Source of the DNA: Planctomycetota bacterium
Lineage (GTDB): Bacteria > Planctomycetota > PLA2 > JAEUHO01
Assembly (NCBI GenBank): GCA_050248855.1
Contig: JBFWRP010000008.1
Span: 64,001 to 128,000, forward strand
Direction of reading: 5' to 3'
Length of the DNA: 64,000 nt
Below the pieces are notes generated by a model. It was given only the letters and a program-made list of their open reading frames with translations. It was not told where the DNA came from and did no database searches. Each line of letters opens with the position of its first letter. Within the stretch, counting starts at the first letter, position 1. The position numbers and the translations under genes were made by a program. This document shows positions 61,848 to 64,000 of the stretch, one piece after another.

Positions 61848-64000
61848 ATGCGGGCGGGTGTACGAAGGCCATGGCTTGCGGGGCGCACCCTTGCGTGCCT
61901 TGCCGTCCTCTTGCTGTTTGTCTCGCTGCTGCCGGGGAGCCCGAGCGCCACGGGGAGCGAGGGGAAGAAGTATCCCCTCCTGCTCGTGCGTCGGCTCGCC
62001 GTACAGGGCGACGGCCGCCCACGCTTCGCGGGCTGGGCCCTGAAGCGAGACGCCGAAGAGGAGCAGGTCCAGCAGGCCATCGCACGCGGGTGTGCTTGGC
62101 TCGTCGCGCACCAGCACGAGGACGGAAGCTTCCTGGGCGAGGCGAGCCCCGAGTATCGGACCGGTCTGTCCGCGCTCGCCCTGGTGGCGCTGCTGGACGC
62201 TGGGCATGGCCCCGATGACGCGACAACGGAAGGGGCCAGCCTGCGCAATGGCATCGCGCTCTTGCTGGCCTCCCAGGATGAAGACGGCTGTGTCGGACCT
62301 CGCGTGGGAGAGCGCGCCATTTACGGACACGCCTACGGTACCTATGCCTTGGTCCGGGCGTACGAGGTGGCACGGGGCGCCGCGCTGGAGCGGGCCGTGC
62401 AGGCCGCCCTCGACTTCACGGCGTTGGCTCGCAATCCGTACTTCGGGTGGCGCTACGGCATCAGGCCCGGCGACAACGACACGGACGTCAGCGGCTGCAT
62501 GATGTTGGCCGTCGCCGAGGCCGAGGCCGTCAACGGGCAAGTCGCGTCAGGTGAGCCACCTGTGTTCCGTCTCGACGCAGGCGCCATGGAAGGTGTGCGT
62601 ACGTGGCTCATGAAGGTGACGGACTCCAACACGGGGCGCGTCGGGTACTTGACCCGGGGCTCGGGTCCGGCTCGGTACGACGACAAGCAGATGGAGTGGT
62701 TCCAAGAGCACAAGTCCGAGTCGATGACGGCGGTGGGCTGCTGGTTCCGACTGCGCCATGGCGAGGACCCCAGCGAGGCCGAAGTCGTGCAACGGGGCCT
62801 ACAGCGGATTGCCAAGCTGCCGCCAGAGTGGAACACTCTCCGCGGTGGCCTCGACCAGTACTTCTGGATGTGGGGGGCGCGCGTTGCCCACGAGCTCGAC
62901 CGCTGGGGCGGCAAGGCCGCTTCGAAGCTCGACGGCTGGCGCGCCCAGGCCGTAGCGGCTCTGCTGTCCGCGCAGGAGGGCGGCACGAACGCGTTCACGG
63001 ACGCGGGATCCTGGCCTCCGGATGGCGCGTGGGGCCGCTGGGGCGGACGTGTCTACAGCACGGCGCTGGCCGTCTCGACCCTGAAGCTGTCGGCCTACCG
63101 CGGGGCCCTGCGTAGCGAGGGCGGCGCGAAGGAGCGCATCGGGCGGATGCGCGATCGCGACGCCGACCTGGACGAACGTCTGGCTGCGATCGAGTCGGTG
63201 TCGGCCGGTGCACCCGATGAGGTCGTGCAGGCCCTCGCCGCCCTTGCACGCGACCCGGTTCCTCTCGTGCGGTTGACGGCCGTCGAGGCGCTCTCGCGCC
63301 TGGGCCCCGATGCCGCGTCGACGGCCGCTCGGCTTGCCAAGCAGCTTGGCGCGGAGAAGCGGGTCGAGATTCGTCACGCCTTGCTGTTCGCACTCCTGCG
63401 GATCGGCAAGAGCTCGAAGTCCATCGTCGATGCGTTGACGCGTGCGACTGCGGATCCGGATCCCGGTGTGCGCGCACTTGCCCAGCTCGTCCACGAGGCG
63501 ATCGTGTCCGTGGAGCCTTCCGCCGAACTGAAGAGGCTGGCGCGATGGCGAAGCGCCGCCGAGCTCCTTGCGTTCCTCGAGGACGGCGGGCAGCTGGGCC
63601 TGGAGGGACTCCCCGCACGTGGGGCCGCGGTGCGCTGGCGCCTGCTGCGCGACATCGGACTGCCGCATCACCTGGGGGCGCGCGCCGGGCAACGGTTGGC
63701 GATCCTGCCCACGTCGCCGTTGGAGCGGCTTCCCGTACTGGAGGCGGTGGAGAAGGCCCTTGCGGCCGCGCCCTTGGCGGGCATGCCGCGGCCGGAGGCC
63801 CGCGCGTTGTACGACGCGGCTGTCGCCGAGGTCGAGGCCTGCCCTGACGGACCCGGCGAGCGGACCCGGCTGGCCGCCGCGCTGGAGCTCCACCTCGCGC
63901 GCTTCCACGTCGGAGCAGCCGGGCCGATCACCGGCGAGATCGTCGCGCGGCTGCACCGCCACAGGGCAGCGCTTCGGGCACTCGCGCCAACGTTGCAGGA
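61848..64000 (+). CDS. Partial (3'-open) exported prenyltransferase/squalene-oxidase-repeat protein with C-terminal HEAT repeats
   Basis: GGAGG SD, signal peptide, WLVAHQHEDGSF, RNPYFGWRYG..DNDT, GSW..DGAWG..GGRVYSTA, then DPVPLVRLTAVEALSRLG HEAT repeats; absent from the ORF track, consistent with no stop before the window end. Confidence 0.8.
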   Translation, partial: MRAGVRRPWLAGRTLACLAVLLLFVSLLPGSPSATGSEGKKYPLLLVRRLAVQGDGRPRFAGWALKRDAEEEQVQQAIARGCAWLVAHQHEDGSFLGEASPEYRTGLSALALVALLDAGHGPDDATTEGASLRNGIALLLASQDEDGCVGPRVGERAIYGHAYGTYALVRAYEVARGAALERAVQAALDFTALARNPYFGWRYGIRPGDNDTDVSGCMMLAVAEAEAVNGQVASGEPPVFRLDAGAMEGVRTWLMKVTDSNTGRVGYLTRGSGPARYDDKQMEWFQEHKSESMTAVGCWFRLRHGEDPSEAEVVQRGLQRIAKLPPEWNTLRGGLDQYFWMWGARVAHELDRWGGKAASKLDGWRAQAVAALLSAQEGGTNAFTDAGSWPPDGAWGRWGGRVYSTALAVSTLKLSAYRGALRSEGGAKERIGRMRDRDADLDERLAAIESVSAGAPDEVVQALAALARDPVPLVRLTAVEALSRLGPDAASTAARLAKQLGAEKRVEIRHALLFALLRIGKSSKSIVDALTRATADPDPGVRALAQLVHEAIVSVEPSAELKRLARWRSAAELLAFLEDGGQLGLEGLPARGAAVRWRLLRDIGLPHHLGARAGQRLAILPTSPLERLPVLEAVEKALAAAPLAGMPRPEARALYDAAVAEVEACPDGPGERTRLAAALELHLARFHVGAAGPITGEIVARLHRHRAALRALAPTLQ

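Overview
High-GC bacterial DNA. The DUF1592/DUF1552 gene pair, the prenyltransferase-repeat/HEAT protein and the kdp-associated porin suggest Planctomycetota (inference). Positions 1-25.7 kb are mostly core genome: phnDCE-type ABC transporter, cyclophilin, M20 peptidase, htpG, parvulin, sdhCAB, Na/Pi cotransporter and a DUF1592 cytochrome-like gene. This part also holds a predicted SAM-I/IV riboswitch and three families of ~60-100 bp palindromic REP-like repeats. A ~7.6 kb defence/toxin-antitoxin island (AbiEi/AbiEii, IrrE-type protease plus truncated PIN gene, AEP-primase/SF2 helicase) splits the DUF1592-DUF1552 pair. It is bracketed by two diverged copies of the DUF1592 3' end and has a perfect 62-bp palindrome at its left edge. 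A second accessory region (~35-53 kb) holds a MITE-disrupted HEAT pseudogene, a Xis-HTH/PIN pair and an HNH + DUF2075 pair. Its most interesting part is an 8-gene cluster (38.6-46.6 kb): GDP-mannose 3,5-epimerase-like enzyme, aKG-HExxH hydroxylase, ATP-grasp protein, 47-aa Pro-rich peptide, DUF6065, a 2OG-oxygenase/O-fucosyltransferase fusion, a GT-A enzyme and a plant SGT/HPAT-like peptide O-glycosyltransferase. It is a candidate bacterial peptide hydroxylation/O-glycosylation (glyco-RiPP-like) system. The window ends with a rearranged kdp operon (F-B-x-A-C-D-E) and an ORF running off the end. All family calls come from motif recognition by eye; no database searches were run.
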